Shown here piece after piece: positions 14,408-24,563 of a DNA stretch of 42,397 nucleotides; the first letter of the stretch is position 1, and every line of letters begins with the position of its first letter. The position numbers were made by a program, and so were the translations under genes. Origin of the DNA: Bacteroidota bacterium (GTDB lineage Bacteria > Bacteroidota > Bacteroidia > Bacteroidales > GWE2-29-8). The notes under the pieces were generated by a model, which saw only the letters and a list, made by a program, of their open reading frames with translations, made no database searches and was not told the DNA's origin. The DNA is taken from contig JAUZOY010000002.1 in the NCBI GenBank assembly GCA_030706235.1, positions 1 through 42,397 on the forward strand, read 5' to 3'.

Positions 14408-15174
14408 TCAAGTTTTTTTGCTTCATTCCAAAAGACATCCATTTCTGCTAAAGACATATCGTGAAGTGCTTTACCTGTATTTTTAGCTTGTGATTCAATA
14501 TATTTAAATCTTCTAATAAATTTTTTATTTGTTTTTTCGAGAGCTGCATCTGGATTTACATTAATAAACCTTGAATAGTTAATTAATGCGAAAAGTAGGT
14601 CGCCAAATTCATCTTCAATTTTTTGACTTTCTGAATTTAACTTTATCTCCTGTTGCATCTCATTCATTTCTTCAATAACTTTATCCCAAACCTGTCCTGT
14701 ATGTTCCCAGTCAAATCCTGCACCTCTGGCTTTTTCCTGTATCCTGTATGCTTTCACAATAGATGGAAGTGAAGGGGGAACACCTTCCAATACTGATTTA
14801 TTCCCTTGTTTTAGTTTGATTTTTTCCCAGTTGATTTTTACCTGTTCATCTGTTTTGGCTTCTACATTGCCATATATATGAGGATGTCGGACTATAAGCT
14901 TTTCACATAAACTATCAATAACATCTTTTATATTGAAGGTGTTAGTTTCAGATGCAATTTTTGCGTAAAAAACTATATGTAAAAGTATATCTCCTAGTTC
15001 TTTTTTGATTTCATTCAGATCTTTTTCAACTATTGCATCGGCAAGTTCATAAGTTTCCTCAATTGTAAGATGACGAAGAGTTTCAAAAGTTTGTTTACTA
15101 TCCCATGGGCATTTTTCCCGAAGTTCATCCATTATTTTAAGAAGCCTTCCAAAAGCAACTAATCTTTCATCCAT
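14404..15174 (-). CDS. mazG: Nucleoside triphosphate pyrophosphohydrolase MazG
   Basis: This is a tandem MazG fold: CPWDSKQTFETLRHLTIEETYELADAI, ELGDILLHIVFYA, RHPHIYG, and the second-half motif EFGDLLFALINYSRF. Confidence 0.92.
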   Translation of the reverse strand: MDERLVAFGRLLKIMDELREKCPWDSKQTFETLRHLTIEETYELADAIVEKDLNEIKKELGDILLHIVFYAKIASETNTFNIKDVIDSLCEKLIVRHPHIYGNVEAKTDEQVKINWEKIKLKQGNKSVLEGVPPSLPSIVKAYRIQEKARGAGFDWEHTGQVWDKVIEEMNEMQQEIKLNSESQKIEDEFGDLLFALINYSRFINVNPDAALEKTNKKFIRRFKYIESQAKNTGKALHDMSLAEMDVFWNEAKKLE

Positions 15175-15198
15175 ATAAAATTTATTTTAATTGTTCGG

Positions 15199-15206
15199 CA
15201 AAGATA
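15199..15206 (-). promoter_or_regulatory. TAnnTTTG -7 box upstream of mazG-PAP2-queA
   Basis: Minus strand TATCTTTG ends 25 nt upstream of the mazG ATG (15174). Confidence 0.45.
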
Positions 15207-15247
15207 ATTATTAATTGAAAATTGAATTTGATTTTCCAATTATTGAT

Positions 15248-15655
15248 TTATATGAGATCCTTTAAAGAAGTCTTTTTTAAGATTTCGTATGTAGTATCAC
15301 GTATATTTTTGAAAACAGTTCTTATTTTACATTCCTCTTCTTTCTGGCAATTTTCACATGGCTGATAAAATTTCTCTGAAACACATGGAAGAAGTGCAAT
15401 AGGTCCCTCAATGGATCTTATAATATCCGACAAATTAATTTCTTCAGGCTTTTTTATCAGGTAATAGCCTCCGGCTTTGCCTATTCTACTGCCTAATATT
15501 CCTAATTTTTTAAGTTCAAGTAAGATCCCCTCAAGAAATCTTTGAGGTATTCCTTCGCTTTGAGCTATTTCGCTTATGAGAATTGGCCCTTTCCCATATT
15601 CACGTGCTAATTTTGCTAATGCCTGTAATGAATATTTTGTCTTTTTAGAAAGCAT
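15248..15655 (-). CDS. Rrf2-family transcriptional regulator with 4-Cys motif
   Basis: The N-terminal winged HTH is typical of Rrf2/IscR (MLSKKTKYSLQALAKLAREY...ISEIAQSEGIPQRFLEGILLELKKLGIL). The C-terminal Cys pattern is C-x8-C-x2-C-x5-C. Confidence 0.88.
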   Translation of the reverse strand: MLSKKTKYSLQALAKLAREYGKGPILISEIAQSEGIPQRFLEGILLELKKLGILGSRIGKAGGYYLIKKPEEINLSDIIRSIEGPIALLPCVSEKFYQPCENCQKEEECKIRTVFKNIRDTTYEILKKTSLKDLI

Positions 15656-15678
15656 GAATTCTATTTATATTTCGGCTC

Positions 15679-15686
15679 CAAACCTA
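15679..15686 (-). promoter_or_regulatory. TAnnTTTG -7 box upstream of the Rrf2 gene
   Basis: Minus strand TAGGTTTG ends 24 nt upstream of the ATG at 15655. Confidence 0.45.
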
Positions 15687-15858
15687 CATAATTTCTATGA
15701 CATAAAACATAATCATTGATTAATTATTATTAAATTGTTTAAAATCTATATCCTTAAAATTCAACTAGCAAACCTAATATTTTAAAGTATATTAATATTC
15801 TTTCAAATTTATGTTATAATTTCGTGCAATTTATGTAAAGTTATAATATTAGTTATAA

Positions 15859-18204
15859 ATGTGGAATAAACTTGTTACTTTAATTTTACGTTACAGGGTT
15901 GCTAATCTGATTATGATAACACTGTTAACAGTTTTTATGGGTTATCATGCTCTTAAAGTTCAGTTATCATACGATCTTGTGAAAATGCTTCCCGGAACGG
16001 ATTCAACAAACATAGAATATGATAATTTTAAGAAACTTTTCGGTGAAGATGGAAATGTATTTGTCGTAGGAATTAATGATAAGAAAATAAATAACTTGGA
16101 TGTATTCAATGACTGGTATAATATTGGGAATAACATAAAGAGCATTAATGGAGTAGAGGAAGTGATTTCAATTGGGAGAATTTATAATCTTACTAAAAAT
16201 GAAAATATAAAGAAATTTGAATTTAAAAAAATAATTAATAGTGTTCCTAAAACCCAAAATGAACTGGATAGTTTGCTGAAATTAACTAAATCTTTACCTT
16301 TTTATGAAGGCTTTGTATATAATAAAAACTCTGATGCAACTTTAATGCTTATAACATTGGATAAGAAAAAATTAAATACAAAGAACAGAGTTGCACTTAT
16401 ACAAAACATTAAACAATATTTTGAAAATTTTGAAAATAAAGATAATGTTAAAGTTCATTATTCAGGCTTACCATATATTAGAACTATAACTTCTTTAAAG
16501 GTTGAATCTGAGCTTAAGTTATTTATGATATTGGCAATTATAATTACTTCATTAATATTGCTTTTGATTTTTAAATCTGCAAAAGCAATAATATTTCCAA
16601 TGATAATATTAATAATTAGTGTTATATGGGCATTAGGATCTCTTTCGCTTTTTGGTTACAAAATAACTATGCTTACTGGTATAATTCCTCCATTATTAAT
16701 ATTAATAGGTGTTGAAAATTGTATTTATATACTTAATAAATATCATATTGAGTATAAAAATCATGGGAATAAAATTAAAGCATTGACAAGAGTGATTCAA
16801 AGAACCGGGAAAGGTACATTTATGACAAATGCTACTACCGCATCCGGATTTATTACATTTGCGTTTACTCATAGTGCAGTTTTGGTAGAATTTGGGATAA
16901 TTGCTACACTGAATATTATGCTCGAATATATGCTATCTATTTTCCTTGTTCCGATATTTTACAGTTTTCTGGCGCCTCCGAAAGAAAGACATATAAAACA
17001 TCTTGAATATAAACTAATAGTGAATTATATTGAAAAGGTAGTTAATTTAGTATTGAAACACAGAAAAGCGGTTTATTTTGTTACGACTATATTAATAGTC
17101 GCTGGTATAATTGGAATGACAAAACTTACGACTACAGGAAATATAGTTGACGATATTCCAAAGAAAGACCCGATTTATCAGGACCTTATGTTTTTTGAAA
17201 GTAATTTCAAAGGAATAATGCCTTTTGAAATATCAATAGATACACAAAAGAAAAATGGTGTAATGAAATTATCTACAATACAAAAAATTCAGCAATTACA
17301 AGATACACTTTCAACGTATCCTGAATTTTCAAAACCATTGTCTTTAGCTGAAATAATTAAATCTGCAACCCAATCTTATTTTAATGGAAATGCATCAGAA
17401 TACAGACTTCCGGATAGTCAGGAAGCAAATTTTATTTTGGCTTATATTCCAAAAATAAAGGGACAGAAAAATGCTATACATTCTTTGCTTGATAGCAATA
17501 AAAGAATAACGAGAATAAGTGTTCAGATGAAAAATATTGGTACTAATGAAATAAAGAGAATAAAAGAAAATCTTAAACCAAAAATCGACTCAATATTCAA
17601 TCCGGCTAAATTCAAAGTTATTCTAACCGGAACAAGTGTGGTTTTCTTAAAAGGAACAGAATATCTTGTTGGCAATTTGATTGAGAGTATTTTTATCGCT
17701 ATTGTAATAATTGCTATATTAATGGCGTTGTTATTCAGTTCTTTCAGAATGGTAATAGTTATTTTAATAACTAATTTGTTCCCTCAGTTACTAACTGCAG
17801 GTTTAATGGGTTATTTCGGAATTCATATAAAACCAACTACAATATTAATTTTTAGTATAGCTTATGGTATCTCTGTTGATAATGCAATTATATATTTATT
17901 GAGATACAGACATGAAATTAATACAAAAAAAACTAATATCTTTGATGCCGTTGTGATAACATTAAGAGAAGCGGGCCATAGTATGTTCTCATCTTCAGTT
18001 GTATTATTTTTAGGATTTGCGATATTTATTGCATCATCATTTGGAGGAACGGTATCATTGGGTATTTTGGTCTCTTTTACATTATTTGTCGCAATGTTTG
18101 CAAATTTTATTATTTTACCATCTTTAATTATTACATTTCATAAATCAATTGTGACAAAATCATTTGAAAAGCCTTTATTAAAAATGGAAGAAGAATTAGA
18201 TTAA
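15859..18204 (+). CDS. RND-superfamily / MMPL-like exporter (two 6-TM bundles, SSD-like)
   Basis: The 781-aa protein has an N-terminal TM, a soluble loop, a 5-6 TM cluster ([18 protein letters not shown]...), then a second soluble loop and TM cluster. This is the single-polypeptide 12-TM architecture of MMPL/HpnN-type exporters. Confidence 0.8.
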   Translation: MWNKLVTLILRYRVANLIMITLLTVFMGYHALKVQLSYDLVKMLPGTDSTNIEYDNFKKLFGEDGNVFVVGINDKKINNLDVFNDWYNIGNNIKSINGVEEVISIGRIYNLTKNENIKKFEFKKIINSVPKTQNELDSLLKLTKSLPFYEGFVYNKNSDATLMLITLDKKKLNTKNRVALIQNIKQYFENFENKDNVKVHYSGLPYIRTITSLKVESELKLFMILAIIITSLILLLIFKSAKAIIFPMIILIISVIWALGSLSLFGYKITMLTGIIPPLLILIGVENCIYILNKYHIEYKNHGNKIKALTRVIQRTGKGTFMTNATTASGFITFAFTHSAVLVEFGIIATLNIMLEYMLSIFLVPIFYSFLAPPKERHIKHLEYKLIVNYIEKVVNLVLKHRKAVYFVTTILIVAGIIGMTKLTTTGNIVDDIPKKDPIYQDLMFFESNFKGIMPFEISIDTQKKNGVMKLSTIQKIQQLQDTLSTYPEFSKPLSLAEIIKSATQSYFNGNASEYRLPDSQEANFILAYIPKIKGQKNAIHSLLDSNKRITRISVQMKNIGTNEIKRIKENLKPKIDSIFNPAKFKVILTGTSVVFLKGTEYLVGNLIESIFIAIVIIAILMALLFSSFRMVIVILITNLFPQLLTAGLMGYFGIHIKPTTILIFSIAYGISVDNAIIYLLRYRHEINTKKTNIFDAVVITLREAGHSMFSSSVVLFLGFAIFIASSFGGTVSLGILVSFTLFVAMFANFIILPSLIITFHKSIVTKSFEKPLLKMEEELD

Positions 18205-18215
18205 AAAAAAGAATT

Positions 18216-19073
18216 ATGAAAGGAATTATTTTAGCCGGAGGTGCCGGAACAAGATTAAACCCCTTAACGCTTGCTATGAGTAAGCAAATGATGCCTATTT
18301 ATGATAAACCTATGATATATTATCCGTTGTCGGTATTAATGATGACTGGAATTTCTGAAATTCTTATTATCTCAACTCCATATGATTTGCCTAATTTCAA
18401 AAAATTGCTTGGTAACGGGAAAGAATTAGGTTGTTCATTCAGTTATGCCGAACAACCTGTTCCTAACGGGCTCGCTCAGGCATTTGTTATTGGTGAAAAA
18501 TTTATAGGTAATGATAAAGTAGCTCTTATTTTAGGTGATAATATATTTTATGGTACAGGATTTCAGCAGGTTCTTCAATCTAATAGTAACCCGGATGGTG
18601 GAGTAGTATTTGCTTATCATGTTTCTGACCCTGAAAGATATGGTGTAGTGGAATTTGACGGAAATTTAATAGCAAAATCAATTGAAGAAAAACCCGTTAA
18701 GCCAAAATCAAATTATGCTGTTCCCGGATTATATTTTTATGATAATTCTGTAGTTGAAATTGCAAAGAATATTCAACCAAGTTTAAGGGGAGAATATGAA
18801 ATTACAGATGTTAATAAAGTATATCTTAACCAAAAGAAACTTAAAGTCGGAATTTTAGGTAGAGGCGTTGCATGGCTTGATACGGGTACTTTCAATTCTT
18901 TATTGCAGGCTTCTCAGTTTGTTCAGGTAATAGAGGAAAGACAGGGATTGAAAATTGGTTGTATAGAAGAAGTGGCATATAGAATGGGTTTTATTAATAA
19001 AGAACAACTTGAAAAAATAGCCCAACCTTTAATGAAGAGCGGATACGGAAAATATTTATTGAGCATAATTTAA
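18216..19073 (+). CDS. rfbA: Glucose-1-phosphate thymidylyltransferase
   Basis: [18 protein letters not shown]...[33 protein letters not shown] and the VAWLDTGT motifs are all present. Confidence 0.93.
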   Translation: MKGIILAGGAGTRLNPLTLAMSKQMMPIYDKPMIYYPLSVLMMTGISEILIISTPYDLPNFKKLLGNGKELGCSFSYAEQPVPNGLAQAFVIGEKFIGNDKVALILGDNIFYGTGFQQVLQSNSNPDGGVVFAYHVSDPERYGVVEFDGNLIAKSIEEKPVKPKSNYAVPGLYFYDNSVVEIAKNIQPSLRGEYEITDVNKVYLNQKKLKVGILGRGVAWLDTGTFNSLLQASQFVQVIEERQGLKIGCIEEVAYRMGFINKEQLEKIAQPLMKSGYGKYLLSII

Positions 19074-19079
19074 AACTAT

Positions 19080-20021
19080 ATGACTAATATTTTAGTAACA
19101 GGAGGCGCAGGTTTTATAGCTAGTTCACTTGCATATAAGCTGGTTAGTAACACTGATAATTTTGTGGTAATTGTTGATAATCTTTCAACAGGAAATCTGA
19201 AAAATCTTCCATCAGAAAAAGATAATTGGCGATTTTTTAGATGTGATGTAAATAATTACAGGGAGATATCAGAAATAATGATGATGTTTAAATTTGATTT
19301 TGTTTTTCATTATGCTGCTGTAGTTGGTGTAAAACGAACTCAAAAGAATCCTGTTAGTGTTCTTAAAGATTTACATGGCGTTGAAAATATTCTTTTACTT
19401 TCAAAAAATACAAATGTTAAAAGAGTATTCTATTCATCATCATCAGAAGTATATGGAGAACCGGTAGAATTACCTCAAAATGAACAAACCACTCCTTTGA
19501 ATTCAAGATTACCTTATGCAATTGTCAAAAATGCAGGAGAAGCATTTCTGAGATCATATAATAAAGAATTTGGTCTAAACTATACGATTTTTAGATTTTT
19601 TAATACGTATGGACCAAAACAAAGTCATCATTTTGTAATTTCAAAATTTATTAATAAAGCTTTAAATGATGAACCAATTACTATTTACGGCGATGGAAAT
19701 CAAACAAGAACATTTTGTTACATCGATGATAATATTGATGCATGTCTTAATGCTTTTTATAGTAATCAGGAAATAAACAAGGTAATAAATATTGGTAGTG
19801 ATAAAGAATTTACAATTTTAGAATTAGCAAATAAAATAGTGAAGAGCACTAATTCAAAATCAGAAATAATACATTTACCTCCTTTACCTGAAGGCGATAT
19901 GACCAGACGCCTTCCTGATATTACCAGAATGAAAAAGCTTCTTATTAGAGAACCTGTAAGTTTAGATGATGGATTATTAAAAACAATTCCATATTTTGCG
20001 AAAGAAAATAAATTTATATAA
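19080..20021 (+). CDS. NAD-dependent epimerase/dehydratase (extended SDR; UDP-sugar decarboxylase/epimerase-like)
   Basis: It has the GGAGFIASSL Rossmann motif, SSSEVYG, catalytic Y-x3-K (YAIVK) and GDGNQTRTFCYIDD. The exact substrate cannot be assigned from sequence alone. Confidence 0.8.
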   Translation: MTNILVTGGAGFIASSLAYKLVSNTDNFVVIVDNLSTGNLKNLPSEKDNWRFFRCDVNNYREISEIMMMFKFDFVFHYAAVVGVKRTQKNPVSVLKDLHGVENILLLSKNTNVKRVFYSSSSEVYGEPVELPQNEQTTPLNSRLPYAIVKNAGEAFLRSYNKEFGLNYTIFRFFNTYGPKQSHHFVISKFINKALNDEPITIYGDGNQTRTFCYIDDNIDACLNAFYSNQEINKVINIGSDKEFTILELANKIVKSTNSKSEIIHLPPLPEGDMTRRLPDITRMKKLLIREPVSLDDGLLKTIPYFAKENKFI

Positions 20022-20038
20022 TTTTAATATTAATTATA

Positions 20039-20776
20039 ATGTCTGACAGCCTGGTAATCATACCAACATATAATGAAAAGCCTAATATCGAAAAAATAAT
20101 AAGAAAGGTTTTTTTGTTCGAAAAACAATTTGATATATTAATTATAGATGATGGTTCACCAGATGGAACAGCTGAAGTTGTAAAATTACTTATTCATGAA
20201 TTCCCTGAAAAGTTATATCTTGAACAAAGAAGCGGAAAATTAGGATTGGGTACTGCATATATTCATGGTTTTAAATGGGCACTACAAAGAAATTATGGAT
20301 ATATATTTGAGATGGATGCAGACTTTTCTCATAATCCGGAAGATCTTATAAGATTGTACTATGCATGTGCAGTCGATGGCGCTGATATGTCAATTGGTTC
20401 GCGATATATAAAGGGAGTCAATGTAGTGAATTGGCCAATGAATAGAGTTTTGATGTCTTACTTTGCTTCTAAATATGTGAGATTCATTACAGGTATGAAA
20501 ATTATGGATACAACTGCCGGATTTAAATGTTATACAAGAAAAGTACTTGAAACAATTGAATTTGACAAAATAAAATTTATGGGTTATGCTTTTCAAATAG
20601 AAATGAAATTTACAGCCTGGAAACATGGCTTTAAAATAGTTGAAGTTCCAATAATTTTTACTGATCGTACTGAGGGGGAATCTAAAATGAGTAGTGGAAT
20701 CTTTAAAGAAGCCTTTTTCGGAGTCATTTCATTAAAATTGAAAAGTTGGTTCAGAAATTACGATGCAATTAAGTAA
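20039..20776 (+). CDS. Polyprenol-phosphate mannosyl/glycosyl-transferase (GT2, Dpm1/Ppm1-like)
   Basis: VIIPTYNEKPNI, IIDDGSPDGT, EMDADFSHNPEDL and the GSRYIKGV motifs mark a soluble GT2 of ~245 aa. Confidence 0.88.
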   Translation: MSDSLVIIPTYNEKPNIEKIIRKVFLFEKQFDILIIDDGSPDGTAEVVKLLIHEFPEKLYLEQRSGKLGLGTAYIHGFKWALQRNYGYIFEMDADFSHNPEDLIRLYYACAVDGADMSIGSRYIKGVNVVNWPMNRVLMSYFASKYVRFITGMKIMDTTAGFKCYTRKVLETIEFDKIKFMGYAFQIEMKFTAWKHGFKIVEVPIIFTDRTEGESKMSSGIFKEAFFGVISLKLKSWFRNYDAIK

Positions 20777-20818
20777 ATAAGATTAATATTCGAATTCTTC
20801 TTTAATTTTATATAATCG

Positions 20819-22165
20819 ATGAGAACCCTGATAAAAAATGCTAATATTATAAATGAAGGTAAAATTTTTTCAGGTGGATTAATTATTGAGAATGATACAA
20901 TATTTGATATATTTGAGGGCGGAATAAATGAGTATAATTCTATGCATTTTGACAATATCATTAATGCTGAAAATAATTATCTTATTCCGGGAGTAATTGA
21001 TGTTCATGTGCATTTTCGAGAACCTGGATTAACTCATAAAGCAGATATAGAAACAGAAAGTATTGCAGCAGTTGCAGGCGGAGTGACTTCTTTTATGGAT
21101 ATGCCAAATACTTTTCCACCAACAACTACTTTAGAACTATTAGAACAAAAATTTGAAACAGCAGAAAGAAAATCAGTAGCTAATTATTCTTTTTATCTTG
21201 GCGCGACAAATGACAATATTGATCAGATTCTAAAACTATCACCAGAGAAAATTTGTGGAGTGAAAGTCTTTATGGGTTCATCTACAGGTAATATGCTTGT
21301 TGATGATAATTCAATACTTAATAGAATCTTTTCTGAGTCACCTATCCTGATTTCTACCCATTGTGAGGATGAGAATATTATTAGAGAAAATCTCGAATAT
21401 TATAAATCAAAATATCCCAATGGCATTCCGTTTGATAAGCATCCTGATATAAGAAGTGTAGAAGCATGTTTGAAATCAACTTCAAAAGCAATTGATCTGG
21501 CTCTAAAATATAATACAAGACTTCATGTTGCTCATTTGTCTACTTTAGAAGAAACAAAATTATTTGATAATAATAAAATACTTAAAGATAAAAGAATTAC
21601 TGCCGAGGTATGTGTTCAATATTTATGGTTTGATAATAGGGATTATTATCATTTAGGTCCGTTTTTAAAAAGTAATCCGGCTATAAAAAGTATGAGAAAT
21701 AAAAATGCTTTATTAAAAGCTTTACTTGAGAATAGAATTGACCTTATTGCGACTGACCATGCACCTCATACAATTGAAGAAAAAAACAATACATATCTTA
21801 AGTCACCTTCAGGTATTCCAATGATTCAACATTCTCTATTAGCTATGTTAGAGTTTTATCATAGAAGACAAATTAGTCTTCCGGTTATAGTTGATAAAAT
21901 GTGCCATTCTCCTGCAATCTGTTTTAGTATTAAAAAACGTGGATTTATTAAAAAGGGTTATAAAGCTGATTTAAGTATAATAGATCTGAATAATTCATGG
22001 ACTGTTGAACCAGATAATATCCTTTCTAAGTGTAAATGGTCTCCTTTTTCAGGGTTTACGTTTCAATCAAAAGTAATTCATACTTTTGTAAATGGAAATC
22101 ATGTTTATAATAATGGGGTAGTTGATATTACAAAAAAAGGGGAGAGATTATATTTTTTAAGATAA
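20819..22165 (+). CDS. pyrC: Dihydroorotase (amidohydrolase superfamily)
   Basis: DVHVHFREPG, GVTSFMDMPNT, GVKVFMGSSTGN (carbamylated-Lys context), HCED and ATDHAPH are present. Confidence 0.88.
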   Translation: MRTLIKNANIINEGKIFSGGLIIENDTIFDIFEGGINEYNSMHFDNIINAENNYLIPGVIDVHVHFREPGLTHKADIETESIAAVAGGVTSFMDMPNTFPPTTTLELLEQKFETAERKSVANYSFYLGATNDNIDQILKLSPEKICGVKVFMGSSTGNMLVDDNSILNRIFSESPILISTHCEDENIIRENLEYYKSKYPNGIPFDKHPDIRSVEACLKSTSKAIDLALKYNTRLHVAHLSTLEETKLFDNNKILKDKRITAEVCVQYLWFDNRDYYHLGPFLKSNPAIKSMRNKNALLKALLENRIDLIATDHAPHTIEEKNNTYLKSPSGIPMIQHSLLAMLEFYHRRQISLPVIVDKMCHSPAICFSIKKRGFIKKGYKADLSIIDLNNSWTVEPDNILSKCKWSPFSGFTFQSKVIHTFVNGNHVYNNGVVDITKKGERLYFLR

Positions 22166-22216
22166 AACTACAAATTCTAAAAGTATTTTTTTTGCTTTAA
22201 AAATTTGTAGTTTTTT
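22164..22216. terminator. Bidirectional hairpin between convergent pyrC and the TPR gene
   Basis: AAAACTACAAATT (22164-22176) pairs with AATTTGTAGTTTT (22202-22214) as a 13-bp AT-rich stem with a 25-nt loop. It is flanked by an A-run and a T-run. Confidence 0.5.
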
Positions 22217-22237
22217 AATAAATTTTAAATTAATTGA

Positions 22238-23161
22238 TTATTTGCAATTTTCTTTTTCCAATTTAGAAGCTTCAGTATTTTCCAGTTCTTCTGCTTTGTG
22301 CCAATCCTGACAAGCTCCTTTTATATCATTTAAAGCTAGTTTTGCCAGACCTCTATTATAATATGCTTCACTATCACGTGGATTAAGGGATATTGTTTTA
22401 TTAAAATCGTCAATAGCCTTTTTATAATCGCCTAAATCTTTAAATGCATTTGCTCTGTTGAAATAAGTATCCGGATCATTGGGGCTTAGTTCAAGTGCTT
22501 TGTTAAAATCTTCAATAGACCCTTTCTTATCACCAAGATCATATCTTGCATAACCTCTATTGTTATATGCCAATGCCAGATTAGGATTAATTTTTATTGC
22601 TTCATTCCAATCCTGAACAGCTTCATTTTTCTTTTCCATAGCATATTTAACCATTCCTCTGTTTATATATGCTTCTGCATAGTCCGGTTTAAGGGCAATT
22701 GCTTTTGTATACAATTTTATAGCTTTTTGTGAATTTCCCTGCTCATTATATATATTTCCAAGGTTATAATATGGTTTAACAAAATTAGGCTTAATTTGAA
22801 TAGCTTTTTCATAATCTGCTATAGCCCCTTTCTTATCTCCTAATTTCTTTTTTGTTATAGCTCTGTTATTATATGCATCAGCAAAATCTGGTTTCAGTTC
22901 AATTGTTTTATTGTAATCAATAATCGCATCTTCATTATTACCAATTTCATTTCTGAGGTTGCCTCTGTTATAATATGCAAAATAATCATTTGGATTTAAT
23001 TCGATTGATTTGTTAAAATCCTGTAATGCAGCCATCTTATTGCCAGCTTTAAACTTTTCAATACCGGAATTTAAAAACTGTTTTGACTGGTCTACTCCTT
23101 GAGCTAATGTATAAGATGAATACAAAATTATTCCCACAAAAATCAATAAAAACTTTTTCAT
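22238..23161 (-). CDS. Secreted tetratricopeptide-repeat protein
   Basis: A signal peptide (MKKFLLIFVGIILYSSYTLAQ) is followed by ~8 consecutive 34-aa TPR units (A-x-x-D-(F/Y)-N-K-A-I-E-L-x-P-x-x-A-x-A-Y-x-N-R-G). Confidence 0.9.
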   Translation of the reverse strand: MKKFLLIFVGIILYSSYTLAQGVDQSKQFLNSGIEKFKAGNKMAALQDFNKSIELNPNDYFAYYNRGNLRNEIGNNEDAIIDYNKTIELKPDFADAYNNRAITKKKLGDKKGAIADYEKAIQIKPNFVKPYYNLGNIYNEQGNSQKAIKLYTKAIALKPDYAEAYINRGMVKYAMEKKNEAVQDWNEAIKINPNLALAYNNRGYARYDLGDKKGSIEDFNKALELSPNDPDTYFNRANAFKDLGDYKKAIDDFNKTISLNPRDSEAYYNRGLAKLALNDIKGACQDWHKAEELENTEASKLEKENCK

Positions 23162-23273
23162 TCTTTATGTATTATTACTTCATTAAATATTTTTAATTTG
23201 TACGAAGGATATTAATAAAAGGTTATAATTTTTTACTAATAAAAGAAATTATTAAGAAGTAAAGATAATTTTA

Positions 23274-23281
23274 TATCTTTG
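23274..23281 (+). promoter_or_regulatory. TAnnTTTG -7 box for rnpB
   Basis: TATCTTTG ends 7 nt before the predicted P1 5' end of RNase P RNA. Confidence 0.55.
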
Positions 23282-23287
23282 CATATA

Positions 23288-23651
23288 ATAGCAGGCTGGT
23301 CTATCGCTGCATAATTAATGGAGAGGAAAGTCCGGGCAACATAGAGCGCCATACTTCCTAACAGGAAGGTTCCATTTGAATGGAAACAGCAAGTGCCACA
23401 GAAAATAACCGCCTAAGTTTAATTTAAAACCGGTAAGGGTGAAAATGTGAGGTAAGAGCTCACAATTTTTGTTGGTAACAGCAAAATTGGGTAAACCTTA
23501 TGGGTTGAAAGACCAAATATACCGGAGAATGAGGGCTGCTCGTCCGATTCCGGGGGGTAGGTTGATTGAGACTAAGTGTGAATTTAGTCCTAGATAAATG
23601 ATAGAAAATACATTTAATTGCATTACAGAACCCGGCTTATAGGTCTGCTAT
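23288..23651 (+). ncRNA. rnpB: RNase P RNA, bacterial type A
   Basis: Universally conserved P4 halves are GAGGAAAGTCCGGGC (23323-23337) and ACAGAACCCGGCTTA (23625-23639). AGTGCCACAGAAA and GGTAAGGGTGAAA core motifs are also present. P1 pairs ATAGCAGGC (5') with GTCTGCTAT (3'), followed by a T7 run. The ends are approximate to +/-5 nt. Confidence 0.95.
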
Positions 23652-23655
23652 TTTT

Positions 23656-24072
23656 TTATAACATTCCGAGTTGCAATAAAGCATCTTCCGACATCATATC
23701 TTTACTCCATGGAGGATCAAATACCAGATCTACCTGAACTTCATTTATACCCGTAATATCTTTGATTTTCTGATGAACTTCGATAGGAATTGTTTCTGCC
23801 ATAGGGCATGATGGTGAAGTAAGAGTCATCTTTATATATGCATTACAATTTTCATCTACTCTAATCTCATAAATCAATCCAAGGTCATAAATATTTACAG
23901 GTATTTCAGGATCAAACACTGTTTTAAGTTCATCTACAATCTTCCCTTCAATAGCAAGATAATTTCCTTCCTGATTACATCCATTAGTATTCATATCAGG
24001 ATTTTCAGCATATTCAGTTGCTTTATTAATCGCAGCTTTCAATGATTCCTTACATTTATCAGCATTATTCAT
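23656..24072 (-). CDS. DUF59/MIP18-family Fe-S assembly protein (SufT-like)
   Basis: VFDPEIPVNIYDLGLIYEI ... TLTSPSCPMAE is the DUF59 signature. It is the last gene of the suf cluster. Confidence 0.85.
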   Translation of the reverse strand: MNNADKCKESLKAAINKATEYAENPDMNTNGCNQEGNYLAIEGKIVDELKTVFDPEIPVNIYDLGLIYEIRVDENCNAYIKMTLTSPSCPMAETIPIEVHQKIKDITGINEVQVDLVFDPPWSKDMMSEDALLQLGML

Positions 24073-24120
24073 TTTAATATCTTTGTTTTAATTCTTAGAT
24101 TCTTATTACCTATAAAATAT

Positions 24121-24561
24121 TTATTTTTTTATTTTGGTGCTGAATGCCAAAGCATAAAATTTCATTTGTTTTATCATAGATAATAACCCATTAGCTCTTG
24201 TAGGTGATAAGTGTTCTTTAAGTCCTATCTTGTCAATAAATGTTGTATCTGCTGAAAGTATTTCATCCGGGGTATGTCCGGAAAAAACCCTTATAAGCAG
24301 GGAAACAATACCTTTGGTTATTAAAGCATCACTTTCAGCTGTAAATACTACTTTCCCTTCTGAAAGGGATGCATTTAACCATACTCTTGACTGACATCCA
24401 TTTATAAGGTTTTCATCTGTTTTGAATTGTTCATTTATTACAGGTAAACTTTTAGCTAAGTTTATAAGGTAATCATATTTCCCCATCCAATCGTCAAAGA
24501 ATGCAAATTCTTCAATAATTTCTTCCTGTATTTCTTTTATAGATTTGGTTTCCATAAACAT
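24121..24561 (-). CDS. sufE: SufE-family sulfur acceptor
   Basis: It has the NLINGCQSRVWL active-site Cys loop and GLLSMIKQMK. It starts 2 nt after the sufS stop. An alternative ATG lies at 24555. Confidence 0.9.
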   Translation of the reverse strand: MFMETKSIKEIQEEIIEEFAFFDDWMGKYDYLINLAKSLPVINEQFKTDENLINGCQSRVWLNASLSEGKVVFTAESDALITKGIVSLLIRVFSGHTPDEILSADTTFIDKIGLKEHLSPTRANGLLSMIKQMKFYALAFSTKIKK

Positions 24562-24563
24562 TT

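Noticed and set aside
13189-16145. Short ORFs 13189-13371 (+), 13705-13887 (-) and 15960-16145 (-)
   Set aside because: Each is embedded in or opposite a well-supported gene (queA, PAP2, RND exporter) and has no motif content.
20390-20961. Short minus-strand ORFs 20390-20626 and 20758-20961
   Set aside because: They are shadow frames opposite the GT2 and pyrC genes.
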